64,000 bases of DNA from an uncultured Desulfospira sp. (GTDB lineage Bacteria > Desulfobacterota > Desulfobacteria > Desulfobacterales > Desulfobacteraceae), in assembly GCA_963663165.1 (NCBI GenBank), contig OY760175.1, forward strand, positions 1,024,001 to 1,088,000, written 5' to 3'. How positions within the stretch are numbered: the first letter of the stretch is position 1; each line of letters opens with the position of its first letter. Position numbers and translations under genes: made by a program. Below are positions 1-12,886 of the stretch, piece by piece. The notes under the pieces are model-generated. The model made no database searches. It was not told the DNA's origin and saw nothing but the letters and a program-made list of their open reading frames with translations.

Positions 1-122
1 CCAAAATCCAATGTCAAGCTGTAGTAAAGGTGCCGGGGTCTTTCCGTCTTTTCGCGGGTAGACGGTATCTTCACCGCCATTCCAATTTCGCTGAGTCCCT
101 GGTTGAGACAGTGTGGAAGTCG

Positions 123-204
<82 letters not shown>

Positions 205-917
205 TGGGGCTTCGGTTCAGTGCTTCGCTTACGCTAACAAATCCCCTTAACCTTCCAGCACCGGGCAGGCGTCAGACCCTATACCTCGTCTTGCGACTTT
301 GCAGAGTCCTATGTTTTTAGTAAACAGTCGCTACCACCAATTCTCTGCGGCCCCCAACAGCTTATTGTGTATACAAATCACCATCAGGGGCATACCTTCT
401 CCCGAAGTTACGGTATCATTTTGCCGAGTTCCTTAACCAGGGTTCTCTCAAGCGCCTCGGGATACTCTCCCTGCCTACCTGTGTCGGTTTGCGGTACGAT
501 CACCTGTTATCTCGATAGAGGCTTTTCTTGGCAGCATGGGTGCAGTCAGTTTATGGGGTAAACCCCTCCTCATCACTTCTCGGCCTTAGAGTTCCGGATT
601 TGCCTAAAACTCCAGCCTACTAGCTTGAACCGCCTATTCCAGCAGACGGATGACCTGCCCTCCTGCGTCCCCCCGTCTCTCAAACGATAACAAGGTGGTA
701 CAGAAATATTAATCTGTTTTCCATCGACTACGCCTTTCGGCCTCGCCTTAGGGATCGACTAACCCTGAGAAGATTAGCTTTACTCAGGAAACCTTGGGCT
801 TACGGCGAGCGGGCCTCTCACCCGCTTTATCGCTACTCATGTCAGCATGGTCACTTGTGCAACCTCCACACAACCTCACGGTTGCGATTCTTCGGCGGCA
901 CAACGCTCTTCTACCAC

Positions 918-1345
918 CAAGAAACTAGATACTGGAAACAAGAAACAAGACCTTAACTGTATCGGTTGATTAAGCCTCGCAGCATTCTTCCGATCTCCTG
1001 ATATCTTTGATCAAAAAAAGTTTGGTCTTGTTTGCTCAAATACTCAAGGTCTCTTGAAAACTCCAGCCATACCCGGCTTTCGTCACATGATCCCATGGCT
1101 ATTTGAACGAATCTTCTTACATCAGCTTTACTGGATTGCTTGCCCATCCCTTCTGCAATATTTGCCGGGATAGATTTGCTTGACTTCCTTAGTTGTTGAG
1201 CCAGTTCATACTGCTCATGCTGGGGAAATCTTAGACTTACTTTGTGCACTTCCAACGCTAACTGATAAGACTTTTTAAAAACTTCAAGTCTATGGTAAGG
1301 CATCATCGCCCTCCTTGTTTCTTGTCTCTAGTATCTAGTTTCTTG
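918..1345 (-). other. 23S rRNA intervening sequence at the helix-45 position (428 bp), containing an ORF
   Basis: Inserted between conserved accgaagctgcgg and ggtagaagagcg; 32-bp inverted arms at 918-949 and 1314-1345 built from 7-nt units. Confidence 0.93.
953..1306 (-). CDS. Four-helix-bundle protein (23S rRNA IVP / TIGR02436-type, Avd-like)
   Basis: Motifs LEVFKKSYQLA..FP..EQYELAQQLRKSSKSIPANIAEG and IAMGSCDE; AAGGAGG Shine-Dalgarno just upstream. Confidence 0.93.
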   Translation of the reverse strand: MMPYHRLEVFKKSYQLALEVHKVSLRFPQHEQYELAQQLRKSSKSIPANIAEGMGKQSSKADVRRFVQIAMGSCDESRVWLEFSRDLEYLSKQDQTFFDQRYQEIGRMLRGLINRYS

Positions 1346-1429
1346 ATCCGCAGCTTCGGTACTATGCTTTAGCCCCGATACATTTTCGGCGCAGATCCAC
1401 TCGACCAGTGAGCTGTTACGCTTTCTTTA

Positions 1430-1460
<31 letters not shown>

Positions 1461-1504
1461 TTGTCTGGGCATTCCCACATCCTTCTCCACTTAGCATAGA
1501 TTTG

Positions 1505-1537
<33 letters not shown>

Positions 1538-1957
1538 CTCGTCCGCGGAACTTAGCTCCCGCGGGCTGACTCCTGCACTCTAACTTATCGGTATTCGGAG
1601 TTTGGTTAGGTTTGGTAATCTGGTGAGACCCCTAGCCCATCCAGTGCTCTACCTCCGACAAGAAACGTGCAAGGCTATACCTAAATATATTTCGAAGAGA
1701 ACCAGCTATCTCCAGGTTTGTTTGGCCTTTCACCCCTATCCACACCTCATCCGAACAGTTTTTAACCTGTGACGGTTCGGGCCTCCACGAGATTTTACTC
1801 CCGCTTCACCCTGGACATGGATAGATCACCTGGTTTCGGGTCTACTCAATACAACTTTCGCCCTGTTCAGACTCGCTTTCGCTTCGGCTACACCTATCGG
1901 CTTAACCTTGCTATATTAAGTAACTCGCTGACTCATTATGCAAAAGGCACGCGGTAA

Positions 1958-2094
1958 CCAAGAGACTAGAAACAAGAAACTGGAAACAAGATTTCGAACA
2001 CTCAGTAACTTCCGGTGCCTGTTCAGCCCATTTAAATTGGGCGCCGAAGGCGCTTCGCCCTCTTGTATCTTGTTTCTTGACTCTAATCTCTTGG
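1958..2094 (-). other. 23S rRNA intervening sequence at the helix-25 position (137 bp, non-coding)
   Basis: Inserted between caagctgtgggagc and accgcgtgccttttgcataat; 34-bp inverted arms at 1958-1991 and 2061-2094; internal cUUCGg hairpin. Confidence 0.9.
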
Positions 2095-2125
2095 CTCCCA
2101 CAGCTTGTAAGCAAACGGTTTCAGG

Positions 2126-2177
<52 letters not shown>

Positions 2178-2739
2178 GGTTCGCTATCGGTTGCCAAGTC
2201 GTATTTAGCCTTATGTGATGGTCCACACTAATTCCCACAGAATTCCTCGTGTTCCGCAGTACTTGGGAGTACAATCAGGAGATCGATTATTTTCGCTTAC
2301 AGGACTGTCACCTTCTTTGGTTAAGCTTTCCAGCTCATTCAACTAATAATCAATTTTATCACTCCTGGAATCATCCGAAACTGATTCGCATGCATCCCGC
2401 GACCCCGATAACGCAACGCTTTCGGGCTTACACGTTACCGGTTTGGGCTGGTCCCCGTTCGCTCGCCGCTACTTGGAGAATCGTTTTTACTTTCTTTTCC
2501 TGGGGGTACTAAGATGTTTCAGTTCTCCCCGTTACCCTCCTTAACCTATTTATTCAGTCAAGGATGACACAGTATTGACCGTGCCGGGTTGCCCCATTCA
2601 GAAATCTCCGGATCAATGGGTGTTTAGCCCCTCCCCGAAGCTTATCGCAGCTTTCCACGTCTTTCTTCTTCACTTGGCACCAAGGCATCCGCCGTTTGCT
2701 CTTAGTAGCTTAGCCACTATTCCACAAATAAACTTAAAC

Positions 2740-2872
2740 GCTTTGATGTTTTCGAAAAAATTGCGATCTTCGGCGTTGCTTCACAAAATTCTTAAAACGA
2801 CATAGCCTACTATGCCTTATTTAAAAATTTTGTTCGCGCCTTGAAGCTCATCAATTTTTTCTTCAACATAGC
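2740..2872. repeat. Imperfect palindromic, MITE-like element in the tRNA-23S spacer
   Basis: Terminal atgttttcgaaaaaattg / caattttttcttcaacat plus inner acaaaatt..aattttgt and catag..ctatg pairings. Confidence 0.5.
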
Positions 2873-3042
2873 TCGCAAAAGTCTGATCATCATCAAACTC
2901 TCACGATTTATGATTAATTCAGTTGCCTTTACGGCAACTGCGCAATTGATATTTACTACAACAAATTGTCAAAGAACATTGAGAATCAATTTTGCGCACC
3001 TTACCTTTGATTTTGCGTTCAAAGGTACAAGTTGCTTGGGAC

Positions 3043-3118
3043 TGGTGGAGAATAACGGGATCGAACCGTTGACCTCCTGCGTGCAAGGCAGGCGCTCTCC
3101 CAGCTGAGCTAATTCCCC
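3043..3118 (-). tRNA. tRNA-Ala(TGC)
   Basis: GGGGAATTAGCTCAG...cttgcac anticodon loop...TTCG...CCA, 76 nt. Confidence 0.98.
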
Positions 3119-3122
3119 ACAA

Positions 3123-3199
<77 letters not shown>

Positions 3200-3274
3200 A
3201 GGATCGCTTTAAGTGCGTTTGATCTCTCAAAGTTGGCCAGTGAAAGCCCTGAAGCTTTTTTTATCTTTCCTTTG

Positions 3275-4833
<1,559 letters not shown>

Positions 4834-4905
4834 ATAATCCTTTTTCCTAAAAACTCTTGGTCTTGACTTGCTAATTAAAACAAATCAACTTGACCCGCTT
4901 CAAAA

Positions 4906-4930
4906 CTTCACTGACCAATTTTCAAAGATC
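4906..4930 (-). promoter_or_regulatory. rrn leader boxA-like antiterminator / 16S processing stalk
   Basis: gatctttgaaaattggtcagtgaag, complementary to 3220-3245 downstream of 16S; a second boxA-like gttctttgacaa lies at about 2966-2977. Confidence 0.6.
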
Positions 4931-4970
4931 AAATTTTCTTACAAGTTGTTTGTGTCCGAAAAACCCGCAT

Positions 4971-4999
4971 AATATACACGGACAAAAAGGCCTTGTCAA
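4971..4999 (-). promoter_or_regulatory. Sigma70 promoter of the rRNA operon
   Basis: TTGACA-17 bp-TATATT followed by GC-rich atgcggg. Confidence 0.8.
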
Positions 5000-5011
5000 A
5001 CCCTTTTTTAC

Positions 5012-6298
5012 TTATTCTAAAATAATTTTATGATGCTTTTTCTTTCCCGCCCGAATAAGGATTTCAGCGCCGTCCAGACTCTCTTTTCCTACCATCTGAT
5101 CAAGGCTTTCAACCCGGTTCCCGTTAATGTAAGCGCCCCCCTGCTGGATTAAGCGCCGGGCATCAGATTTTGAACGGCACAGTCCGGTTTCGGTAAACAG
5201 ATCAATCACCGGCAACCGGTCGATAACCTGATCAGCACTCATAAGGGAGGAAGGAACAGATTCTGCATCAGACGCGCTCTGGGTTCCCCTTGGGATTGAA
5301 CTGCCGGCAAGAAGACCCTCAGGGATATCCACACTTCCGAACATGGCTACAGCGGCTTTCAAGGCCTTCTCAGCCTCTTCTTTGCCATGGGCAATCAGGG
5401 TGGCTTCATAGGCAAGAATAATCTTGGCGTTATTCAGCCCGGCCCCTTCAAGGAATTCAACCTCATTTATTTGGGAAAGGTCTAGAAAGGTAAACAGCTT
5501 TAAAAAACGAACCACATCAGCATCATCGCAATTCACCCAGAACTGGTAATAATCATAAGGAGAGAACCGTTCCGGATCCAGCCAGACCGCCCCTTTATGG
5601 GTTTTTCCCATTTTGATGCCGGATGCCGTAGTAATCAGGGGAAAGGTGATACCAAAGGCCTGGCGCCCTGTGGTCCTTCGAATCAGGTCGATTCCGGCCA
5701 CAATGTTGCCCCACTGGTCGCTTCCGCCCATCTGAATGAGGCAGTCATGCTCTTTTGACAGCACCATAAAATCATAGGCCTGTAGGAGCATATAATTAAA
5801 TTCAATGAAGGTCAGACCGTCTTCAGAGTCCATCCTTGATTTGTAGCTTTCCGCCTTGATCATCCGGTTAACACTGAAATGGCGCCCGATATCCCTCAAA
5901 AAGGGGATATATTCCAGCTTGGTCAGCCATTTGGCATTGTCTAAAAGAAGGGCCTTGCCGTTAGAAAAATCAATAAACCGTTCCAATTGTTTTCGGATGC
6001 CGGCTTTATTTTCATCAATGGTTTCCTGGGTCAGGACTTTTCTCAACTCGGTCTTTCCCGACGGATCTCCGATCAGGCCGGTTCCCCCGCCCACAAGCCC
6101 CACAGGCCGGTGGCCGTTTCGTTGCATATGGGCCAAAGCCATGATACAGACCAGGCTGCCCACATGCAGACTGGAAGCAGTTGGGTCAAATCCAATGTAA
6201 CAGGTGGCTTTGTTGTTGGCCAGATACTCTTCAAGTTCCTGGGTATGGGTAACCGCATCAACGAATCCGCGCTCTTTTAGAACAGTTAAAACACTCAT
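5012..6298 (-). CDS. tyrS: Tyrosine--tRNA ligase
   Basis: YIGFDPTASSLHVG, GGSDQWGNI, KMGKT, C-terminal S4 domain. Confidence 0.98.
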   Translation of the reverse strand: MSVLTVLKERGFVDAVTHTQELEEYLANNKATCYIGFDPTASSLHVGSLVCIMALAHMQRNGHRPVGLVGGGTGLIGDPSGKTELRKVLTQETIDENKAGIRKQLERFIDFSNGKALLLDNAKWLTKLEYIPFLRDIGRHFSVNRMIKAESYKSRMDSEDGLTFIEFNYMLLQAYDFMVLSKEHDCLIQMGGSDQWGNIVAGIDLIRRTTGRQAFGITFPLITTASGIKMGKTHKGAVWLDPERFSPYDYYQFWVNCDDADVVRFLKLFTFLDLSQINEVEFLEGAGLNNAKIILAYEATLIAHGKEEAEKALKAAVAMFGSVDIPEGLLAGSSIPRGTQSASDAESVPSSLMSADQVIDRLPVIDLFTETGLCRSKSDARRLIQQGGAYINGNRVESLDQMVGKESLDGAEILIRAGKKKHHKIILE

Positions 6299-6343
6299 GA
6301 TGATATTCCGTTAGGTTCTCCTGCAATGAAATAGCAGGATGCA

Positions 6344-7909
6344 TTATTTCTTTGTATATTCAACAGCCCTGGTTTCCCGAATGACCACCACCTTGACCTG
6401 GCCCGGGAAGGTCAGGTTCTCTTCAATCTGCCTTGCTATATCCCGTGACAGCAGCACGGCCTGATCATCACTGATCTTCTCGCTTTCCGTGATCACACGG
6501 ATTTCACGGCCGGCCTGGATGGCATAGGTATTGGTAACCCCGTCAAATGAGTTGGCAATGCCTTCAAGGTCCTCAAGCCGTTTGATATAATTTTCAAGGC
6601 TTTCTTTTCTGGCCCCTGGCCGGGCACCGGACAGGGCATCGGCCGCCTGGACAATAAAATCATACACTGTTTCAGGCATCTGGTCTTCATGGTGGGATGC
6701 AATGGCCTTGACCACATCGTCAGACTCTCCGTATTTTTTGGCCAGTTTGGCCCCGATAATGGCATGAGCGCCGTCCACCTCATGGTCCACCGCCTTGCCG
6801 ATATCATGGAGAAGTCCCATACGCTTGGCAAGTTTCACATCAAGCCCTAGTTCAGCGGCAATCACCCCTGCAAGGAAAGCGACCTCCACAGAGTGCTGAA
6901 GAACATTCTGGGCATAAGATGTCCTGAATTTTAATTTGCCGACCACTTTGATCAATTCCGGATCTATCCCGTGAACGCCCAAGTCAAAGGCAGCCTGTTC
7001 CCCTGCCTCCTTAATGGCCTGGTCAACTTCTTCGGCCGCCCTTTCCACCACATCTTCAATTCTTGCCGGATGAATTCTGCCGTCTGAAATCAATTTTTCA
7101 AGGGACAGGCGGGCCACCTCTCTTCTCACAGGGTTGAACCCGGAAAGAATGACTGCCTCTGGCGTATCATCGATGATCAAATCAATTCCGGTGGCCGCTT
7201 CCAAGGCTCTGATATTCCTTCCTTCCCGCCCGATAATCCGTCCTTTCATCTCATCTCCGGGAAGGTGAACAACGGACACGGTCTTCTCGGCCACATACTC
7301 CCCGGCATACCGCTGGACCGTCGTAGATATGATTTTTTTGGCTTCCTTATCCGCCTTTTCCCTTGCTTCAGATGTGATCTTTTTGATCAGCTTGGCGCCT
7401 TCGTGCCGGGCCTCCTCTTCCATTGCCGACAACAGAAGGGCCTTGGCTTCCTCAAGGGTCAGGCCGGATACCTTTTCAAGCTCTTTTTTGGTTTCTTCAA
7501 GAAGGTGCCGGTACTCTTCCTCTTTTTTACCCGCTGACTCAAACCGCCGGTTGACTTCCTTTTCCTTTTGCTGGATTTCTACATCCCGTTTGGTGAGCTG
7601 ATCTTCAATTTTATCGAGTTTCTCACCTTTTTTGGCAAGCCTTCTGGATTCGGTTTTCAGTTCTGCTTTGGCTTCTTCAGTTTCGGCATCAAAGTTGCCT
7701 TTCATCTCAAGGAGTCTGGATTTGGCTTCAAGCTTTGCCTCTTTGAGCAGGGTTTCAGCCTTTTGTCTGGCCTCTTCAATAATCCGGTTCTGCTCTTCCT
7801 CAATATTTAAATTTTCCTGGGTTATTTTTTTCTTCAAAATTATAAAGCCGGTGATGCCGACTACCACCATCACTGCAATAACCAAAGAAAGAATAATCAC
7901 ATACTCCAT
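6344..7909 (-). CDS. rny: Ribonuclease Y
   Basis: N-terminal TM and coiled coil, KH motif [14 protein letters not shown] motif LLHDIGK. Confidence 0.98.
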   Translation of the reverse strand: MEYVIILSLVIAVMVVVGITGFIILKKKITQENLNIEEEQNRIIEEARQKAETLLKEAKLEAKSRLLEMKGNFDAETEEAKAELKTESRRLAKKGEKLDKIEDQLTKRDVEIQQKEKEVNRRFESAGKKEEEYRHLLEETKKELEKVSGLTLEEAKALLLSAMEEEARHEGAKLIKKITSEAREKADKEAKKIISTTVQRYAGEYVAEKTVSVVHLPGDEMKGRIIGREGRNIRALEAATGIDLIIDDTPEAVILSGFNPVRREVARLSLEKLISDGRIHPARIEDVVERAAEEVDQAIKEAGEQAAFDLGVHGIDPELIKVVGKLKFRTSYAQNVLQHSVEVAFLAGVIAAELGLDVKLAKRMGLLHDIGKAVDHEVDGAHAIIGAKLAKKYGESDDVVKAIASHHEDQMPETVYDFIVQAADALSGARPGARKESLENYIKRLEDLEGIANSFDGVTNTYAIQAGREIRVITESEKISDDQAVLLSRDIARQIEENLTFPGQVKVVVIRETRAVEYTKK

Positions 7910-7971
7910 TCAAAATCTCCTACGCGGGTTATGGTCAAACCACCGGCCTAAGGCCGCTGGAAGTTTTTTTA

Positions 7972-8065
7972 TAAACGGCTACGGGCCGCCTTGGTTATCC
8001 AACCAAGACCTGCCCGCAACAAATAATGAAAGTCTTCTCGAGTTGTTAGTGAAACTTTCATATAA
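7972..8065 (+). repeat. 90-bp two-hairpin repeat, copy A
   Basis: Aligns by eye with copies at 9790-9972, 40877-40969 and 58137-58317. Confidence 0.9.
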
Positions 8066-8123
8066 AAACTTATGGAAAACGAAACTGATGAACTGGTGGG
8101 AATTAAAAAATTTGGAAGGACGG

Positions 8124-8312
8124 TTACCCCCACAAACTGCCGTGTTGCTTTTATAGGCTTTGAACCGATTGTTCAAAAGGTGGGCGTTCAGTTATGCCTT
8201 TAGGCTTTTCCTTAAACTTGAGGAACCTAGCTCACCAGCATAAGGGTGAACTCCCGTTATACCATGCGTTAGGCCAAAGACTCTCTGGCAATCACGCACA
8301 CTGCAGGGGTAA
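8124..8312 (-). ncRNA. ssrS: 6S RNA
   Basis: Lies between zapA and rny; closing stem ttacccctgcag...tgggggtaa; gtgtgcgtg / ggttcaa / caacacggcag 6S-like motifs; about 190 nt. Confidence 0.85.
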
Positions 8313-8317
8313 TTTAA

Positions 8318-8623
8318 TTATTGATTTGGTGTATCAAGTCCTTTTTCAATTTTATATATCAAAGTTGAAATTTTATGGTCTACCATCTTTTGTAGCTCAT
8401 CATGCTGCATTTGGAGTTCCTGATGATCTTTAGCCAGGTTCATGGCAGCCAGAAGCAAAATAATCAGTTTATTTCTGGGGCCGGAATCATTTCTAAGCAG
8501 ATCCTGAGATTTTTTTATGTATGCCTCTAAATGCTTTGCTATCTGACCCGGATGTTTAACTTCTCCGTCGGGTCTGAACCGGTACTCCTCACCAAAGAGG
8601 TCGATGGTAATAATTTCATCCAA
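8318..8623 (-). CDS. zapA: Cell division protein ZapA
   Basis: IDLFGEEYRF, LLAAMNLAKD, C-terminal coiled coil; directly upstream of 6S RNA. Confidence 0.85.
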   Translation of the reverse strand: MDEIITIDLFGEEYRFRPDGEVKHPGQIAKHLEAYIKKSQDLLRNDSGPRNKLIILLLAAMNLAKDHQELQMQHDELQKMVDHKISTLIYKIEKGLDTPNQ

Positions 8624-8644
8624 TGAAAATCCTTTTCACCAGGT

Positions 8645-8914
8645 TTAAGGTTCCAGGTGTAATAACTGATCCGGCGGCTGATCTTTAGCAAAATTCTCCA
8701 GCTTGGCCAAAAGTTGGTCAATGTTTGATTGAATTAACGTATTGGTTTTAGAAAGCGTCTGCTGAGCAACCACCTTTTTTTCAAGTTCTGTTTCCATTTG
8801 TTTTATTTGGGACAGCATTTGCAGTTTCTCTTTTTGAAGCGATCGACACAATTCAATCAGTTCATCTACTTTTATATCAATGTCATTAAACCTGTTAATG
8901 AGTTCGTTATCCAA
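8645..8914 (-). CDS. ZapB-like coiled-coil protein
   Basis: Short all-coiled-coil protein directly upstream of zapA. Confidence 0.7.
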   Translation of the reverse strand: MDNELINRFNDIDIKVDELIELCRSLQKEKLQMLSQIKQMETELEKKVVAQQTLSKTNTLIQSNIDQLLAKLENFAKDQPPDQLLHLEP

Positions 8915-8974
8915 ATTTATAATCTCACAATGTGTTTGATTGGTATCAACTATAGTTCAAAATCCTTAAAAAAG

Positions 8975-9736
8975 TCAAGATAATTCATTGTCCAGCTCAT
9001 GGATCAGGGCCTCTGCCCGGGCCAATTCTTCAAGGGTATTCACCCCCATCACCTGTCGCGGATCATCCATTAAAACCACACTGATTTTTTTGCCGGACAC
9101 CCGGGCAATTTCAACCAGATCCGTTAAATAATATTCGGCCTGGTTGTTTTCACATTGTATTTTCTCAATTCCGGACACGAGAAAATCTCTGTCAAAACAA
9201 TAAATCCCTGAATTTACCGTATTGATTTTCTTTTCACAGGCAGACGCATCCGCCTCCTCTCTTATGCACAACACCTCTCCTGAATCATCCTGGACAATCC
9301 GCCCGTATCCGGTGGGATTGTCAACGTTAACGGCAAGAACGGTAAGACTGTCTTTGGAATCAAGATGACCATTAACCAGTAGTCTCAAGGTTTGTTCCTG
9401 TATCAGCGGGACATCGCCGCATAAAACCAAAACATGCTGAATGTGAGGCGGAAGAAACGGGACAACGGATTTGACCGCGTCCCCGGTTCCGTTAAGTTTT
9501 TTTTGCAGGACAAAATGGGCATTAAAATACTGTTTTACTTCCTGCTCAACCTGTTGGGCCTGATGGCCGACCACCACATAAATTTGTTCGGGTGCCAGTT
9601 TCCTGGCGCATTCAACCACATGGACCACCATGCTTTTACCCGCGACCAGGTGAAGAACCTTGGCAAGATCAGATTTCATTCGGGTTCCTTTGCCTGCAGC
9701 AAGGATAACAATCGCTAACTTGTCGGTACCATTCAT
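8975..9736 (-). CDS. glmU: GlmU-type UDP-GlcNAc pyrophosphorylase, N-terminal domain only
   Basis: LAAGKGTRMKS, GTGDAV, PTGYGRI, EYYLTD, GVNT; ends before the beta-helix acetyltransferase domain. Confidence 0.85.
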   Translation of the reverse strand: MNGTDKLAIVILAAGKGTRMKSDLAKVLHLVAGKSMVVHVVECARKLAPEQIYVVVGHQAQQVEQEVKQYFNAHFVLQKKLNGTGDAVKSVVPFLPPHIQHVLVLCGDVPLIQEQTLRLLVNGHLDSKDSLTVLAVNVDNPTGYGRIVQDDSGEVLCIREEADASACEKKINTVNSGIYCFDRDFLVSGIEKIQCENNQAEYYLTDLVEIARVSGKKISVVLMDDPRQVMGVNTLEELARAEALIHELDNELS

Positions 9737-9789
9737 AATTAGATCACCTTTGGCAGTTAATTTTTTTGAATAACCGTTATACCCTGAAG

Positions 9790-9972
9790 GGCAGAAACCG
9801 GACGGCTTGGATCATCCAGCCAAAAACCGGCCACAACAAATAATGAAAGTCTTATCAGGAGGTTAGTGAGACTTTCTTATAACCGTAACGGACGGCTTGG
9901 ATTATCCAACCAAGAATCGTCCACAACGAAAAATGAAAGTCTTTTCAGCTTGTTAGTGAGACTTTCTTATAA
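9790..9972 (+). repeat. 90-bp two-hairpin repeat, tandem copies B and C
   Basis: Period 90; the units share TAA at 9880-9882; 5' end of B is degenerate. Confidence 0.88.
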
Positions 9973-10016
9973 AAAAAAGGGGAATGCTTTAGTCAGAAAG
10001 CATTCCCCCCTTTTAA
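9973..10016 (-). terminator. Intrinsic terminator after atpC
   Basis: ggggaatgcttt / aaagcattcccc stem with A/T tracts on both sides. Confidence 0.8.
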
Positions 10017-10047
10017 CTTACAGAGTTAAAATACTCTGTCTATTGAT

Positions 10048-10452
10048 CTATCGATTTTTTATGGATATCCGCCATACAGCTCTTTTCAAGGCAGCTTCCG
10101 CCCGAGCTTTGTCGATATTATCAGACTTTTCAGCCAAGCGTTTTTCAGCTCGTTTTTTTGCCTCTTCGGCCCGATTCAGATCAATGTTCATGCGCCTTTC
10201 AGCTGATTCCGCAAGAATCGTGACTTTATCGGGCAGAACTTCAGCAAATCCACCGTTAATGAAAAGATACCGTTCTTTACCGCTGGTATCCTTATACCGC
10301 ATGGCCCCTACCTTCAGTGCTGTCAGAAAAGTTGTATGGCCTTTGAGGACACCAAATTCACCTTCAACACCTGGTGCCACAACCATTTGAATTTCTTCGC
10401 TGACGACCGCTTTTTCAGGGGTGACCACTTCAAGAATTAGTTTATCGGCCAT
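10048..10452 (-). CDS. atpC: ATP synthase epsilon subunit
   Basis: LEVVTPE, GEFGVLKGH, GGFAEV. Confidence 0.97.
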   Translation of the reverse strand: MADKLILEVVTPEKAVVSEEIQMVVAPGVEGEFGVLKGHTTFLTALKVGAMRYKDTSGKERYLFINGGFAEVLPDKVTILAESAERRMNIDLNRAEEAKKRAEKRLAEKSDNIDKARAEAALKRAVWRISIKNR

Positions 10453-10469
10453 GATTTACCTCTGCATTG

Positions 10470-11885
<1,416 letters not shown>

Positions 11886-11924
11886 CTATAAAGCTGTTTA
11901 GTTATCCTAAAGTATACCTTGTCG

Positions 11925-12821
11925 TTATCCCTTAAGTGCCTCTGCGCCGCTGACAATGTCCATGAGGTCATTGGTAATGGCGGCCTGACGCGTCTTGTTG
12001 AATATGGTCTGCAATTCGTCCACCATGTCCTCACATGCCTTGGTTGCATTTTCCATGGCCCTCATCCGGGCCGCATGTTCACTGGTGGATGTCTGGAGCA
12101 GCGCGTCATATATCTGAATATAAATATTCTTGGGAAGCATTTCTGAGAGCAGTGCATCCGAAGACGGCTCGCAAATGTGTTCGGGAAGGAACTCTCCGTC
12201 TGCGGCCGGGGCCGCCTCATCTGCCACCATATCAGCAAGAGACGGAATCGGCAGAATCTGCTTTACGGAGGGGATCTGCTTTGCCATACTCTCAAATTCA
12301 GAGAATATCAGATATACTTCATCAACAGCCCCTTCAAGGAAACTGTCTATTAATTTCTGTCCTGAAGTAGACGCCACTGAAAAATCAGTCTTGCCACCGA
12401 CCACCCCAAGGTATTGTTCGGCAATGGTCAGCTGCTGTTTCTTGGCCCAGTCCCTGCCTTTTTTACCAAAGCAGTAGAAGGAGACGTCTTTGCCTTCAAG
12501 CTCAGATGAAAGCATCTTTCTAGCTTTATCAATCAGATTAATGTTAAAACCGCCACACAAACCCCTGTCTGATGTACACAGGAGCAGGGCCACCTTTTTG
12601 ACTTCTTCTTTGGGAACCAGGAGAGGCGATGCCTTTTCTCCAGACTTCCCTGCAATACTGCCCAGAACTTCAGCAAACTTGGAGGCATAGGGCATGAACT
12701 GCTCCATGTTTGTCTGAGCCCCGCGCAACTTTGAAGTGGCGACCATTTTCATGGCAGAGGTAATCTGTTTAGTCTTTTTTACGCTGACTATTTTCGATTG
12801 CACTTCTTTTAGCGTTGCCAT
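11925..12821 (-). CDS. atpG: ATP synthase gamma subunit
   Basis: ITSAMKMVA, SDRGLCGGFN, RQAAITNDL. Confidence 0.98.
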   Translation of the reverse strand: MATLKEVQSKIVSVKKTKQITSAMKMVATSKLRGAQTNMEQFMPYASKFAEVLGSIAGKSGEKASPLLVPKEEVKKVALLLCTSDRGLCGGFNINLIDKARKMLSSELEGKDVSFYCFGKKGRDWAKKQQLTIAEQYLGVVGGKTDFSVASTSGQKLIDSFLEGAVDEVYLIFSEFESMAKQIPSVKQILPIPSLADMVADEAAPAADGEFLPEHICEPSSDALLSEMLPKNIYIQIYDALLQTSTSEHAARMRAMENATKACEDMVDELQTIFNKTRQAAITNDLMDIVSGAEALKG

Positions 12822-12886
12822 ATGATCTACCTTTCAAACCTATATATTATGTTGTTTTCACCCAAGAATTAAAAAAACCATTTAAA

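Noticed and set aside
953..1306. Diversity-generating retroelement suggested by the Avd-like fold
   Set aside because: No reverse transcriptase and no template/variable repeat pair in the window
9790..9972. CRISPR array reading of the tandem 90-bp repeats (also 58137-58317)
   Set aside because: Units abut with no unique spacers, only two per locus, and no cas genes
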